A stretch of DNA of 63,875 bases, filler included, from Octopus bimaculoides (GCF_001194135.2; 6 parts of 6 records of this genome joined end to end with filler, not necessarily neighbours in it), one strand, 5' to 3'; positions 35,902-49,029 are shown, numbered from the whole stretch's first letter. The notes: a model not told the origin generated them from the sequence alone. A program made the numbers and translations.

Positions 35902-36262
35902 GGGGGCGCAATGGCCCAGTGGTTAGGGCAGCAGACTCGCGGTCATAGGATCGCGGTTTCGATTCCAGACCGGGCGTTGTGAGTGTTTATTGAGCGAAAA
36001 CACCTAAAGCTCCAAGAGGCTTCGGTAGGGGATGGTGTCGAACCCTGTAGTACTCTTTCACCACAACTTTCTCTCACTCTTACTTCCTGTTCCTGTTGTG
36101 CCTGTAATTCAAAGGGTCAGCCTTGTCTCACTGTGTCACGCTGAATATCCCCGAGAACTACGTTAAGGGTACACGTGTCTGTGGAGTGCTCAGCCACTTG
36201 CACGTTAATTTCACTGGAACCCTCGACGTCGTAAGCGACCGAGTGCCAACAACAACAACAAC
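35902..36262 (+). mobile_element. Full-length SINE type A with (CAA)n tail
   Basis: Near-identical to 2134-2510; lacks ~28 nt (GAGCAGGCTGTTCCGTTGATCGGATCAA) and keeps GCTGAATATCCC, which the 2134 copy lacks. Confidence 0.9.
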
Positions 36263-38704
36263 ATATATATGCATATATATTTGTATGTATGTATGAGTGT
36301 GTGTGTGTTTGTGTGTGTAGAGCCCCGCTTTATAAGCGTAACAAAGACCATTTTACGTCCAACACTTCTATATTCAACCAAGGGCTTACTAATTCTACAC
36401 GATGGATTTACACCGTTCGCTGTTGAACAAGTAGTGTGTTGTTCAACCTGCTAATATGTGGTAAGATCAAATACGGGATAGTTCTCATATTCTGAGGCCT
36501 CACGTAATTCTGCAAGCTTTATTTCATTTAACTATCGAGAATAGTCAAAAACGTGGCCTTGTAAAATATTGCACGAGACAAGTATAGCAATCCTGAACAA
36601 AAATGACGTACTGACAGAAGAATGTTCTAGTAATCACTAAGATTGCTTCGAAGGTAAGGTGTAATATCTTAGACACGTGTCTTCCACTGTGTACTTCAAC
36701 TAGATCGAAAGCTTATGAGTGAACTTAGATGTACGGGAATATTGTGGAAGTCATTAATTTCAAAGTGGAAGTGTTATCATAAAGTATATCACACAGATAC
36801 TTCATGCAGATTTTATTATAGTAAAAGATGTTCAGCGAGATCTTACTCTCCCACCTACATAATTAATTCAACGAGCAAACATTACAGTCGACTGCATTAT
36901 TCATCGTTGAGACTGCAAAAGTGACGATATACGTATTTATTAAAAGTTTTGTATTCTGAAATTACGTGTCTACTCACACTTATTAAAACGACACTGAACT
37001 TGTACTCGTAACGAATACTTCAGATTTTGGGAGCATTTCCAGTTTATGAATACGTATATTCATACATAACTGCTATCTTCATTCAAATTTGTATAATAAT
37101 CAGACTACATGATTCCATATTTCTTGCTTATTTTATGCACCAAATGGGATTGAATAAATATTATTGACTTTCATGATTTATACTTTGAAATTAGTCTCTT
37201 ATCGTATAAACTATANNNNNNNNNNNNNNNNNNNNNNNNNNNNNNNNNNNNNNNNNNNNNNNNNNNNNNNNNNNNNNNNNNNNNNNNNNNNNNNNNNNNN
37301 NNNNNNNNNNNNNNNNNNNNNNNNNNNNNNNNNNNNNNNNNNNNNNNNNNNNNNNNNNNNNNNNNNNNNNNNNNNNNNNNNNNNNNNNNNNNNNNNNNNN
37401 NNNNNNNNNNNNNNNNNNNNNNNNNNNNNNNNNNNNNNNNNNNNNNNNNNNNNNNNNNNNNNNNNNNNNNNNNNNNNNNNNNNNNNNNNNNNNNNNNNNN
37501 NNNNNNNNNNNNNNNNNNNNNNNNNNNNNNNNNNNNNNNNNNNNNNNNNNNNNNNNNNNNNNNNNNNNNNNNNNNNNNNNNNNNNNNNNNNNNNNNNNNN
37601 NNNNNNNNNNNNNNNNNNNNNNNNNNNNNNNNNNNNNNNNNNNNNNNNNNNNNNNNNNNNNNNNNNNNNNNNNNNNNNNNNNNNNNNNNNNNNNNNNNNN
37701 NNNNNNNNNNNNNNNNNNNNNNNNNNNNNNNNNNNNNNNNNNNNNNNNNNNNNNNNNNNNNNNNNNNNNNNNNNNNNNNNNNNNNNNNNNNNNNNNNNNN
37801 NNNNNNNNNNNNNNNNNNNNNNNNNNNNNNNNNNNNNNNNNNNNNNNNNNNNNNNNNNNNNNNNNNNNNNNNNNNNNNNNNNNNNNNNNNNNNNNNNNNN
37901 NNNNNNNNNNNNNNNNNNNNNNNNNNNNNNNNNNNNNNNNNNNNNNNNNNNNNNNNNNNNNNNNNNNNNNNNNNNNNNNNNNNNNNNNNNNNNNNNNNNN
38001 NNNNNNNNNNNNNNNNNNNNNNNNNNNNNNNNNNNNNNNATATATAATTATGTTAATTGCGTCATACCATTTTAAGAGGCTGTGCCTACTCAGAATCATT
38101 CCTAATGAAAATTATCTGCAAATCAAGCTTACACCATTGATAAGTTGTGGATGTGCATTAAGGTGATTAATCAATATTGGCAAACATGTTGCTACTTTGA
38201 GCAAATTTTATAACCTTGTGTGAGGTTGCTTTCTACCTAGGTAGCATTCAGCAGGTAGATTAGCATCTTTTTGAACTAGCGATCGCCTTGTATGTTTTAT
38301 TTGTGTATAATTTGAAGGATTCGGTCTCATTCTAGAGGCAGGTGAATGTTGTGTTGCTAAAGCAATAGCTACTGGGATGTCATTTCATGATGTATAGGAT
38401 GGTTTCACACATGTGTACGAAAAGTGAGAAAATTTCTACATAAAGTATCCATCAGCAACCGCGCTAAAACACATGTTCAAATACATAGGTAAAAACTTAT
38501 ATGTAAAAGTGCTTGTATTACCATGTTTCTAAGAAGTCTGGTTCACAAGTTTGTGTTATCAGATTCAATTCCATAGCATGAAACCTTAGGAAAGGGCCTT
38601 GTTAGCATATGTCAAGTTAATTGGGCACATTGACACTGTATAGAAACCCACTCTGTATGTATGCAAGTCAATACATAAATTCATACAAACATGTATGTAT
38701 CTGT

Positions 38705-38744
38705 GTGAGTGAATTTGGTAGACGGAACCTGAAAGTAACCTGTC

Positions 38745-38779
<35 letters not shown>

Positions 38780-38945
38780 CGCGTGTCTATGTTTGTCCCC
38801 CCTAACATCGCTTGACATGTTGTGTTTATGTTCCAGTAATTTGGCGGCTCGGCAAAAGAGACCTTTAGAATAAGTCCTGGGGTTGAATTATTCGACTAAA
38901 TGTGGTGCTCCAGCATGTCTGCAGTCAATTGACTGAAACAAATAA
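38705..38945 (+). mobile_element. SINE-C, central and 3' part with internal (GT)n
   Basis: GTGAGTGAATTTGGTAGACGGAACCTGAAAG-(GT)n-TGTTTGTCCCCCCTAACATCGC...GGTGCTCCAGCATG...GACTGAAACA. Confidence 0.85.
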
Positions 38946-38952
38946 TAATAAT

Positions 38953-38999
<47 letters not shown>

Positions 39000-39380
39000 A
39001 AGATAAGCAACAAAAATGTATTAGGTTATAGCAGTACGTACGTTTCATTTATTTATGTAGTGAAAACACCACATAAGATGTGTAATGAAAATGTATCCTC
39101 AGCCGTATATTAGAAGCTCATTTCAGAATGTCATTTTGTTAATGTGTGCAAACGCAAGAGTAGAAGATGAAGAAAATACCATCTCTACTGGACTGTTAAT
39201 TAACAGTCTAGTGAACCCAACAGGAATTTAATTTCTATGTATTCGATTTCTTTCTTCTTTCTAGAATGAGGGGTAAGATAGCAGTAATTTCAATTTAGAG
39301 GACGGTATGTTAGGTAGTAAGGAAAGCAGGTTAGGGGTGAATCAAGCAAGAGAAAAAAAAAGAGAGAAGAAAAAAAAGGA

Positions 39381-39741
39381 AGGCATTGAGCTGGCAGAAA
39401 CTTTACCTTTCATCCTTTCGGGGTCGATAAATTAAGTACCAGTTACGCGCTGGGGTCGATGTAAACAAATTAAAATCTTTGCCTGTCATTGTTTGTCCCC
39501 TCTATGTTTAGCCCCATGTGGGCAATAAAGAAATAAGAAACTTTAGCACGCCAGGCGAAATACTTAGTGGTATTTTGTCTGTCTGTACGTTCAAATTCCG
39601 TCGAACTCGACTTTGCTTTTCATCCGAGGTCGACTTTACCATCCGTCTTTTTGGAATCGATAAATTAAGTACCAGTTACGCGCTGGGGTCGATGTAAACA
39701 AATTAAAATCTTTGCCTGTCATTGTTTGTCCCCTCTATGTT
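39381..39741 (+). mobile_element. Rearranged SINE-B dimer containing an exact 85-bp duplication
   Basis: 39424-39508 is identical to 39657-39741; the second copy runs into a gap. Confidence 0.85.
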
Positions 39742-40382
39742 NNNNNNNNNNNNNNNNNNNNNNNNNNNNNNNNNNNNNNNNNNNNNNNNNNNNNNNNNNN
39801 NNNNNNNNNNNNNNNNNNNNNNNNNNNNNNNNNNNNNNNNNNNNNNNNNNNNNNNNNNNNNNNNNNNNNNNNNNNNNNNNNNNNNNNNNNNNNNNNNNNN
39901 NNNNNNNNNNNNNNNNNNNNNNNNNNNNNNNNNNNNNNNNNNNNNNNNNNNNNNNNNNNNNNNNNNNNNNNNNNNNNNNNNNNNNNNNNNNNNNNNNNNN
40001 NNNNNNNNNNNNNNNNNNNNNNNNNNNNNNNNNNNNNNNNNNNNNNNNNNNNNNNNNNNNNNNNNNNNNNNNNNNNNNNNNNNNNNNNNNNNNNNNNNNN
40101 NNNNNNNNNNNNNNNNNNNNNNNNNNNNNNNNNNNNNNNNNNNNNNNNNNNNNNNNNNNNNNNNNNNNNNNNNNNNNNNNNNNNNNNNNNNNNNNNNNNN
40201 NNNNNNNNNNNNNNNNNNNNNNNNNNNNNNNNNNNNNNNNNNNNNNNNNNNNNNNNNNNNNNNNNNNNNNNNNNNNNNNNNNNNNNNNNNNNNNNNNNNN
40301 NNNNNNNNNNNNNNNNNNNNNNNNNNNNNNNNNNNNNNNNNNNNNNNNNNNNNNNNNNNNNNNNNNNNNNNNNNNNNNNNNN

Positions 40383-40432
<50 letters not shown>

Positions 40433-41913
40433 CATAGATATATGCGTGTCTGCTTATACACGGTTGTCTGTGCCCGAGAGACACTAAACCAGTATTGTTT
40501 ACATTGTATTCATAAATGAACCGTAATAAACCGTTATCGATGTAACATATACTAGAACGATATAATTACTACAGTCGCTATGACCGACTAAATGCTCGAC
40601 AGTAGTGCCTTAGCATAGCCTCAATCGAATGCCTGAACCAGAAAATGAATAATAGAATACGGTGTGGTTGTAGCGCATAATGCTACAGAACAACATAAAA
40701 ATGGCATCCGTTAAAACTGTCCTGAATTCGGGTTTTTCCGTTCATTGATGTTTTTCACTAGTTTTATTTGCATTGATGTAATAGGCATCAAACATCTACT
40801 TTTACTGTAAAGGTTTTACTGCTTTTCTAGAAAGGATAGGATGGTAACTAATATTGAAAAAACTATTCCATCAGTTATATGTAGGCAGGAATTTATTTAA
40901 CAAAAGAAGGTGTGTGAAACAGGGAGTGCCGGTGAACTGATGAGGTTTTATATTACAAATATGATTGATTTGTTTGATGTTATCTTTTAAAATGTGCAGG
41001 TCAATGTTTACCGGAACGGATAGTATGAAGACGGCGGTGTGTTGCAATTTTAATGCAGCTAGGAAATTTGATGTTAATGTCACCCTAGCTGGATTGAAAA
41101 TGAGATTACCTACTTCAGAATTACAAATCACGTAATAGATATCATAGCTTAAGCAAAAAAGTAGAAATCGTGTATAAGTGGATTATTTGTTGCAGTGTAT
41201 CGGTGAGAAAACATTACCAGATTGGTGTTCTTTTCAATGCAATCTAGGAAGGTGTTCTGTGGCGTAGCTGCATGTTCACATAACAAACGTAATCACTTCG
41301 CTCATATCGGATCTACATGAAACTTGAAGGCGCTCAGCAATGATAACAGATCAATCAATTTACTATTTAGGCATCCCTAAAGAAAAATTTCACTCTTCAC
41401 CGATAAAGTCTTAAACCCACCCCCCACACACACATACACATGTATACCCAGTTAAAAGAAGAAAAGAAAATGGCGATTAGGAAGTTAACAACTACTTATT
41501 AACAAATTGGTCCTCTTCGCTTCAGGAGTGAAAATAAACAATTTGTTTATAATTGTTAATTGTTAACCTCCAAATCTCCATTTTCTTTTCTTCTTTTAAC
41601 TGGATATAAATTATATGGTTAATATATGCCAATTGTTTTAATAGTAGGTATTGATCCAGTATTTCCTTGGATGCAACAATCTCTCCACAAGATAAACATA
41701 TCCTATAATTAAATCTACGCGCGCGCGCGCACAGGCACACACACACGCACACACACACACACACACATGTATATATATAAATACATAATTCACTCAGAAA
41801 ACAACTCACTTCTCATGGATTACAGTGAGTGTGTGTCTGTATCTGTGTGTGTGTGTTTGTTTGTTTGTTTGTGCGTTTGTGTGAGTATGTGTGTGTTTGT
41901 GTGAGAGAGAAAG

Positions 41914-41956
<43 letters not shown>

Positions 41957-42406
41957 CTGAAGATCATGAGCTATGATTATTGGTATGAGCGAATTATACG
42001 ACTTAGTGATAGGAGAAAGATATGTGTTTTGCAGTTATAAATAGAATTTGAGCTTTCTTTCTGGAGGTCGGGGTTATAGGTAAGTCCATAGATGTTAGCA
42101 TGTGTCAGAAATACATGCAAAAACACAACCTACAGAGTTACATAAAGAATAATATTGACAATGTACATATCTAAACATCCAAATAATTTTTTTTTTCCTT
42201 TTACTATGGTAATTGCAGACGAAAACAAATCACAATTTAAAATAAATAAAACATTATAAAATCAATACCGTATTACTGAACAATATTCAGTTTTAATCAC
42301 AACGACATTTGGTCGATTCAGCAAACATAAAATGATAAATTGGGAGACAGACGGATATTGGAGAAATGTGGCATTTACCAATACAGAAGCTACAATAATA
42401 ATAAAG

Positions 42407-42455
<49 letters not shown>

Positions 42456-42897
42456 TGTGTGTGCATGTGTGTGCGCGTATGTATGTATGTAATTATGTAT
42501 ATATATATATATGCATGTATATAAGTATGTATGTATATATATGTTCATCTATATGCGTGTAAGTATGTATGTATGTATGTATGTATGTATGTATGTATGT
42601 ATGTATGTATGTATGTGTGTATGTATGTATGTATGTATGTATATATATATATATAATATATGCATGTGCGCGCGTATATACATATAAGCATTTCAGCAAT
42701 TAACTGTTTAGTTCTAAGAGTTTGCTCTCTGAGTATTCCATCAATATGTAGATACGAAAATTTAATATAAAATAATTCGAGAATGAGTTATTTTCTTCTT
42801 TCCATGATATTTGAAATAGTATAGTATATCTTCGATGTTATGAGTTTTAAAATGAGGTTATTTTATTAGGTACTGTGTTACAAGATATACAGCATAA

Positions 42898-43110
42898 AAG
42901 ATGGCGAGTTGGCACAATCGGTAGCACGGCGGGCAACATGCTTAATATTTCGTCCGTCTTTACACCCTGAGTTAAAATGCAACAGAGGTCGACATTGCTT
43001 TCGATCATTTCAGGGTTGCTGAAATAAGTAATATATGAGTACTGGGTCTATGTAACCGACTTTGTGCTTCCCCAAAATTTGCTAGCCTTTTGCTAAAATT
43101 TGTAACCAAT
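42898..43110 (+). mobile_element. Old full-length SINE-B
   Basis: GGCGAGTTGGCACAATCGGTAGCACG...GAGGTCGACATTGC...GCTAAAATTTGTAACCAAT. Confidence 0.8.
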
Positions 43111-43832
43111 TTATAAACTATATAATGCGGCGAACTGACAGTCTGACGAAATCTTTTTCCTTGTTGCCTCTCTAAAAATTCTGCTACAGCTACAATAATC
43201 TTTGCTATTTTGTTTTCCGTTTGGATTGTCTGACACAAATTCAAGTGAAAAATATACGGCATCAGCATCAGTAGTCTAGGAGAGCCTTGTAAGACCCAAA
43301 TAAAAAAAAAAAAATCTCCCTTATATTCTTTTAGGAGAAGTTCAAAATTTCGAGCATATTCACCACCCAAAGCTCCATGAAAAGTTATTTATTATCTAAC
43401 ACATAGTTTCGTTAATTTTCATAATACGTGTCGCAAATCGGACATTCAATGTTGAATCCCTTATCAAAATCGAGGCACTGGTTATCCTCGAAATATATGA
43501 ATCTGTATATTCCTTTTTAAATGCAACTATACAGGTAACGGTATGTTTATCCTTATATTTATAAAACCTTTATCAATTTGCGACCTATGTCAGCAAAAAT
43601 TCCTTAGGTTTAAGCAATGTATACTTAATAATCTACAACAGATTTGAGGAAAATACACCATTGGTGACGATTTTGCTAGTTTAACGGCAATCTTCGAAAG
43701 AGCATAAACGAACATGAGTAAAGCGGCTAGAGACATTATAGTCGTATTCACATCATTGATTTACAAATACAAATATATTTCTAGAATAATTTCTGGTACT
43801 TCCGAACACATACTCCTTCTCTTCTTCTTCAC

Positions 43833-43868
<36 letters not shown>

Positions 43869-44825
43869 NNNNNNNNNNNNNNNNNNNNNNNNNNNNNNNN
43901 NNNNNNNNNNNNNNNNNNNNNNNNNNNNNNNNNNNNNNNNNNNNNNNNNNNNNNNNNNNNNNNNNNNNNNNNNNNNNNNNNNNNNNNNNNNNNNNNNNNN
44001 NNNNNNNNNNNNNNNNNNNNNNNNNNNNNNNNNNNNNNNNNNNNNNNNNNNNNNNNNNNNNNNNNNNNNNNNNNNNNNNNNNNNNNNNNNNNNNNNNNNN
44101 NNNNNNNNNNNNNNNNNNNNNNNNNNNNNNNNNNNNNNNNNNNNNNNNNNNNNNNNNNNNNNNNNNNNNNNNNNNNNNNNNNNNNNNNNNNNNNNNNNNN
44201 NNNNNNNNNNNNNNNNNNNNNNNNNNNNNNNNNNNNNNNNNNNNNNNNNNNNNNNNNNNNNNNNNNNNNNNNNNNNNNNNNNNNNNNNNNNNNNNNNNNN
44301 NNNNNNNNNNNNNNNNNNNNNNNNNNNNNNNNNNNNNNNNNNNNNNNNNNNNNNNNNNNNNNNNNNNNNNNNNNNNNNNNNNNNNNNNNNNNNNNNNNNN
44401 NNNNNNNNNNNNNNNNNNNNNNNNNNNNNNCACACAAAGCATGGGGGTTTAGATCACAGGTGATCTAAACGATTAGGTACGCTAGGTAAGTACTGTAACG
44501 GATTACTAGGGCTCCGCAAGATTGCACCTCAGGACTTACGCTCATGAATCTACGCAGTATTGCACCTAAGAGCTCCTGCTCATGTTTCTATAACTTTGGA
44601 AAGTTGAACTTATATCCTTCTTTTTCCTTATTTCTTTCCGTCTCATTCTTTTACTCTCTTCCTGTATGTCGTCATCTCCTTCTTATATATCATTCTCATT
44701 TTCCCTATTTTTTGCGTATTTGTCTATGATGACGTAATATCCAATACTCGGGGATATCCCAGAAACAGCTGTAAGAATTTGAATTTTTACAAATAATAAT
44801 ATCGTGTACGACTTGATATAGATAA

Positions 44826-44867
<42 letters not shown>

Positions 44868-45013
44868 GAATACGTATTGATGTCACTTATTCATAAAGTG
44901 GATGAGGTGTGTGAAAACAACGAAGTCATAAAATGTCCTACAATCGGATTAAGCTATCTAGAATACATAACGATACTATGATCCCCCTCTCTCTATTATT
45001 CTATATTCTCCCG

Positions 45014-45087
<74 letters not shown>

Positions 45088-45195
45088 CTCTTTCTCTATT
45101 TCTCTCTCTCTGTCTTTCAGCCAATATGTTGCATAATTTGCAAATGTCACATTCATGAATGACAAATGCTGATATCTAGATTATTTTACCTCTTT

Positions 45196-45240
45196 CTGAC
45201 GTAAATGACGAAGGGAAATAGCCCTGAAACTCGAGTCGCC
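45196..45240 (+). other. Minimal type I hammerhead-ribozyme-like motif (Penelope type), degenerate
   Basis: aTGACGA-AGGG aaatag CCCT-GAAAC tcga GTC; C3 is replaced by A and helix I is not evident. Confidence 0.55.
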
Positions 45241-46371
45241 TTTATATATATATATTTATATTTATATATTTATATATTTGATCCTTTATATTGAACACTC
45301 AATATTTCATCTACATTCAATACTTTCTTTCATGGTGCCATCCATTTTTATTTTATTTTATTTTATATTGTATATTGTATATTCCATATTCCATACCCCA
45401 CATTAGTTCTGCAGGAATATAAATAAAACATAAAAAACAGACAGTGTTGGAACTCTTTTAAGCAAAATAATATATTCCTCTATACACAATCATACAAAAC
45501 CCCCCCACCTTTTTTNNNNNNNNNNNNNNNNNNNNNNNNNNNNNNNNNNNNNNNNNNNNNNNNNNNNNNNNNNNNNNNNNNNNNNNNNNNNNNNNNNNNN
45601 NNNNNNNNNNNNNNNNNNNNNNNNNNNNNNNNNNNNNNNNNNNNNNNNNNNNNNNNNNNNNNNNNNNNNNNNNNNNNNNNNNNNNNNNNNNNNNNNNNNN
45701 NNNNNNNNNNNNNNNNNNNNNNNNNNNNNNNNNNNNNNNNNNNNNNNNNNNNNNNNNNNNNNNNNNNNNNNNNNNNNNNNNNNNNNNNNNNNNNNNNNNN
45801 NNNNNNNNNNNNNNNNNNNNNNNNNNNNNNNNNNNNNNNNNNNNNNNNNNNNNNNNNNNNNNNNNNNNNNNNNNNNNNNNNNNNNNNNNNNNNNNNNNNN
45901 NNNNNNNNNNNNNNNNNNNNNNNNNNNNNNNNNNNNNNNNNNNNNNNNNNNNNNNNNNNNNNNNNNNNNNNNNNNNNNNNNNNNNNNNNNNNNNNNNNNN
46001 NNNNNNNNNNNNNNNNNATATATATACATATATATATATATATATAATATAGATGTGTCTGTGTGTCTGTGTGTTTGTGTCTGCGTGCGCGTTTATGCAT
46101 ATGTGCATATCGGCAGCAGTCTACTTCGAGTAAAGGTGATAGTTTTAATCTGCCATAATTCAATTATCATGCCAAGAGGTCATCAATCGTCTGAACATTC
46201 TAGCGAACAGAATTTTCAAGACGCTGCAGAATTTTATTGGTCACATTGTAAACTCAGCTACATGTATCGATTATTCCTGCTTGTTTCTCTCATAATCAGT
46301 TAATTATATATGTGAAACATACACATACACATGTAAACACACACACACATGCGTGCGCGCGCACACAGAAA

Positions 46372-46610
46372 CACGTGGGGTGCTGAAAAGTTCTTGGCTT
46401 TAGGCAAAAGCAAATGCAAGAGTATCATTTAATAATGATTCTGTGAAACATATTCACCTCTCAGATTCACACACTTATTGCAGTGGCCCCTCAGTTATTC
46501 TAAGCTTTATAAAAGTACTTGGATGGTTGGGCCTTCAATTAAGCCTTTCCCAATATCCATAAAACCAGGAAATTTACAGCCTCACTCTCCTCGAACGTTC
46601 TTAGATGCAT
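46372..46610 (-). mobile_element. Tc1/mariner 3' end: transposase C-terminus remnant and TIR
   Basis: Reverse frame LE*LRGHCNKCVNLRGEYV matches the mariner C-terminal L..RW.KC....G.YVE motif; TIR-like CACGTGGGGTGCTGAAAAGTTCTTGGCTT at 46372-46401. Confidence 0.75.
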
Positions 46611-46715
46611 TTAAGTCTATAAGATTGTTTGCAGTCATACTCTATATATGTGATTGCATGCACGCGCAGATACCACCCCACGACACACGCACATTCATAT
46701 ATATATATACTTGTT

Positions 46716-46746
<31 letters not shown>

Positions 46747-46808
46747 GTGTCAAACAACCTTACCAATTCATATATACTATAGATAGATAGATAGATAGAT
46801 AGAAAGAT

Positions 46809-46861
<53 letters not shown>

Positions 46862-47379
46862 CTCACATATGTGTATATATACACATACATGTGAGTAGGC
46901 ATACATGCATACCGACATATATCAAAAGAACGATCAAATGTCCTCTTTGAATCTATGCCTAAAGAAGACTGGTTTCCTGGATTCGATGGCCTGTATGTCA
47001 CAAAGTACCATATGAGACGCCGGTCCGTCACAATATTCAGTTCATATTACGTGTTATACAAAATATAGGTGTACATCTCTTGCTAATTCAAGTTAACCTT
47101 AGCAGTGTTGCATCAGCGGAAGCTTCAGGATTCAACATTGTGTTACATTAAGTAATTCTCCTCAGGAGAGAATTTTCGCGATTTCCTGTCTCGTACTATA
47201 TCGGGCAAGATAAAGGAAAGAAGGAAAGAAGGAATGGCCAACGGCCCACGTGTAGTGAATCATAAATCTGAAAGTGAAACATACCCTGATTTATAGAGCA
47301 TTAGAATAGAGAAATTAGACAAAGATAGCTGTGGCGGGTGTATAGGGTTAACCCCTATAGACCCACCACAGACTAGCTA

Positions 47380-47433
<54 letters not shown>

Positions 47434-47842
47434 NNNNNNNNNNNNNNNNNNNNNNNNNNNNNNNNNNNNNNNNNNNNTTAATTAATTAANNNNNNNNNNN
47501 NNNNNNNNNNNNNNNNNNNNNNNNNNNNNNNNNATGTGTATACTCACAGACACACACACACAGAGGTAATCCTCGTGACCAACACACATACAATACATAG
47601 TGATATACACAACATCAGATATTCTCGCGTAAAGTAAAGTTCAATAAAATGTGTTTGTGAATAATTTTCTCCCTATAATTTTCTCAACCTCACACAAGTT
47701 AAAGTCGCACCAATGGAATGTTCGTTGCTATAGCTGTAAAAAAAATAAAAATAAATAAATAAACCAAAGAATACAAAAACCCCCAAACCTTTTATTCATC
47801 AGCTAAGAATTACAGAGACTGGCTTTACACCCCCCACACACT

Positions 47843-47873
<31 letters not shown>

Positions 47874-48819
47874 GTGTATGTATGTACGTATATTTATATA
47901 TAAATTTATATCAATATATATATATGTATAAAACGTATATATATACGTACATATGTCTATAAAACATATACATAACATGCATATTATATNNNNNNNNNNN
48001 NNNNNNNNNNNNNNNNNNNNNNNNNNNNNNNNNNNNNNNNNNNNNNNNNNNNNNNNNNNNNNNNNNNNNNNNNNNNNNNNNNNNNNNNNNNNNNNNNNNN
48101 NNNNNNNNNNNNNNNNNNNNNNNNNNNNNNNNNNNNNNNNNNNNNNNNNNNNNNNNNNNNNNNNNNNNNNNNNNNNNNNNNNNNNNNNNNNNNNNNNNNN
48201 NNNNNNNNNNNNNNNNNNNNNNNNNNNNNNNNNNNNNNNNNNNNNNNNNNNNNNNNNNNNNNNNNNNNNNNNNNNNNNNNNNNNNNNNNNNNNNNNNNNN
48301 NNNNNNNNNNNNNNNNNNNNNNNNNNNNNNNNNNNNNNNNNNNNNNNNNNNNNNNNNNNNNNNNNNNNNNNNNNNNNNNNNNNNNNNNNNNNNNNNNNNN
48401 NNNNNNNNNNNNNNNNNNNNNNNNNNNNNNNNNNNNNNNNNNNNNNNNNNNNNNNNNNNNNNNNNNNNNNNNNNNNNNNNNNNNNNNNNNNNNNNNNNNN
48501 NNNNNNNNNNNNNNNNNNNNNNNNNNNNNNNNNNNNNNNNNNNNNNNNNNNNNNNNNNNNNNNNNNNNNNNNNNNNNNNNNNNNNNNNNNNNNNNNNNNN
48601 NNNNNNNNNNNNNNNNNNNNNNNNNNNNNNNNNNNNNNNNNNNNNNNNNNNNNNNNNNNNNNNNNNNNNNNNNNNNNNNNNNNNNNNNNNNNNNNNNNNN
48701 NNNNNNNNNNNNNNNNNNNNNNNNNNNNNNNNNNNNNNNNNNNNNNNNNNNNNNNNNNNNNNNNNNNNNNNNNNNNNNNNNNNNNNNNNNNNNNNNNNNN
48801 NNNNNNNNNNACATAGGAA

Positions 48820-48955
48820 AACGGAAAGCCCCTTGGAATATCCCTTCATCAGCTGTCTCTATTCTATCTAGACGTTTCGAATTGTCTGTAGTTTATTGTT
48901 CTAACGTCCTGTACCCTGATATGCATGTATATACACATGTAGATGTAAGTATGTA
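48820..48955. mobile_element. Unclassified repeat (core plus arm X), homologous to 63097-63243
   Basis: Shares CTTCATCAGCT...CGTTTCGAA and GTCCTGTACCC(T/A)GATATGCA with the 63 kb copy. Confidence 0.65.
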
Positions 48956-48990
48956 CATATATGTGTGTATACATGTATATATATTCTTTG

Positions 48991-49026
<36 letters not shown>

Positions 49027-49029
<3 letters not shown>

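Noticed and set aside
36422-36447. 9-bp stem hairpin GTTGAACAA-N8-TTGTTCAAC
   Set aside because: Isolated and of a length expected by chance in a window this size.
36540-36660. Candidate exon ending at a strong AG|GTAAGG donor
   Set aside because: All three frames have stops and there is no good acceptor.
40871-41135. Unique segment open on both strands (86-aa minus ORF; possible + exon after TGTGCAG)
   Set aside because: No recognisable domain and weak splice signals; cannot be supported without expression data.
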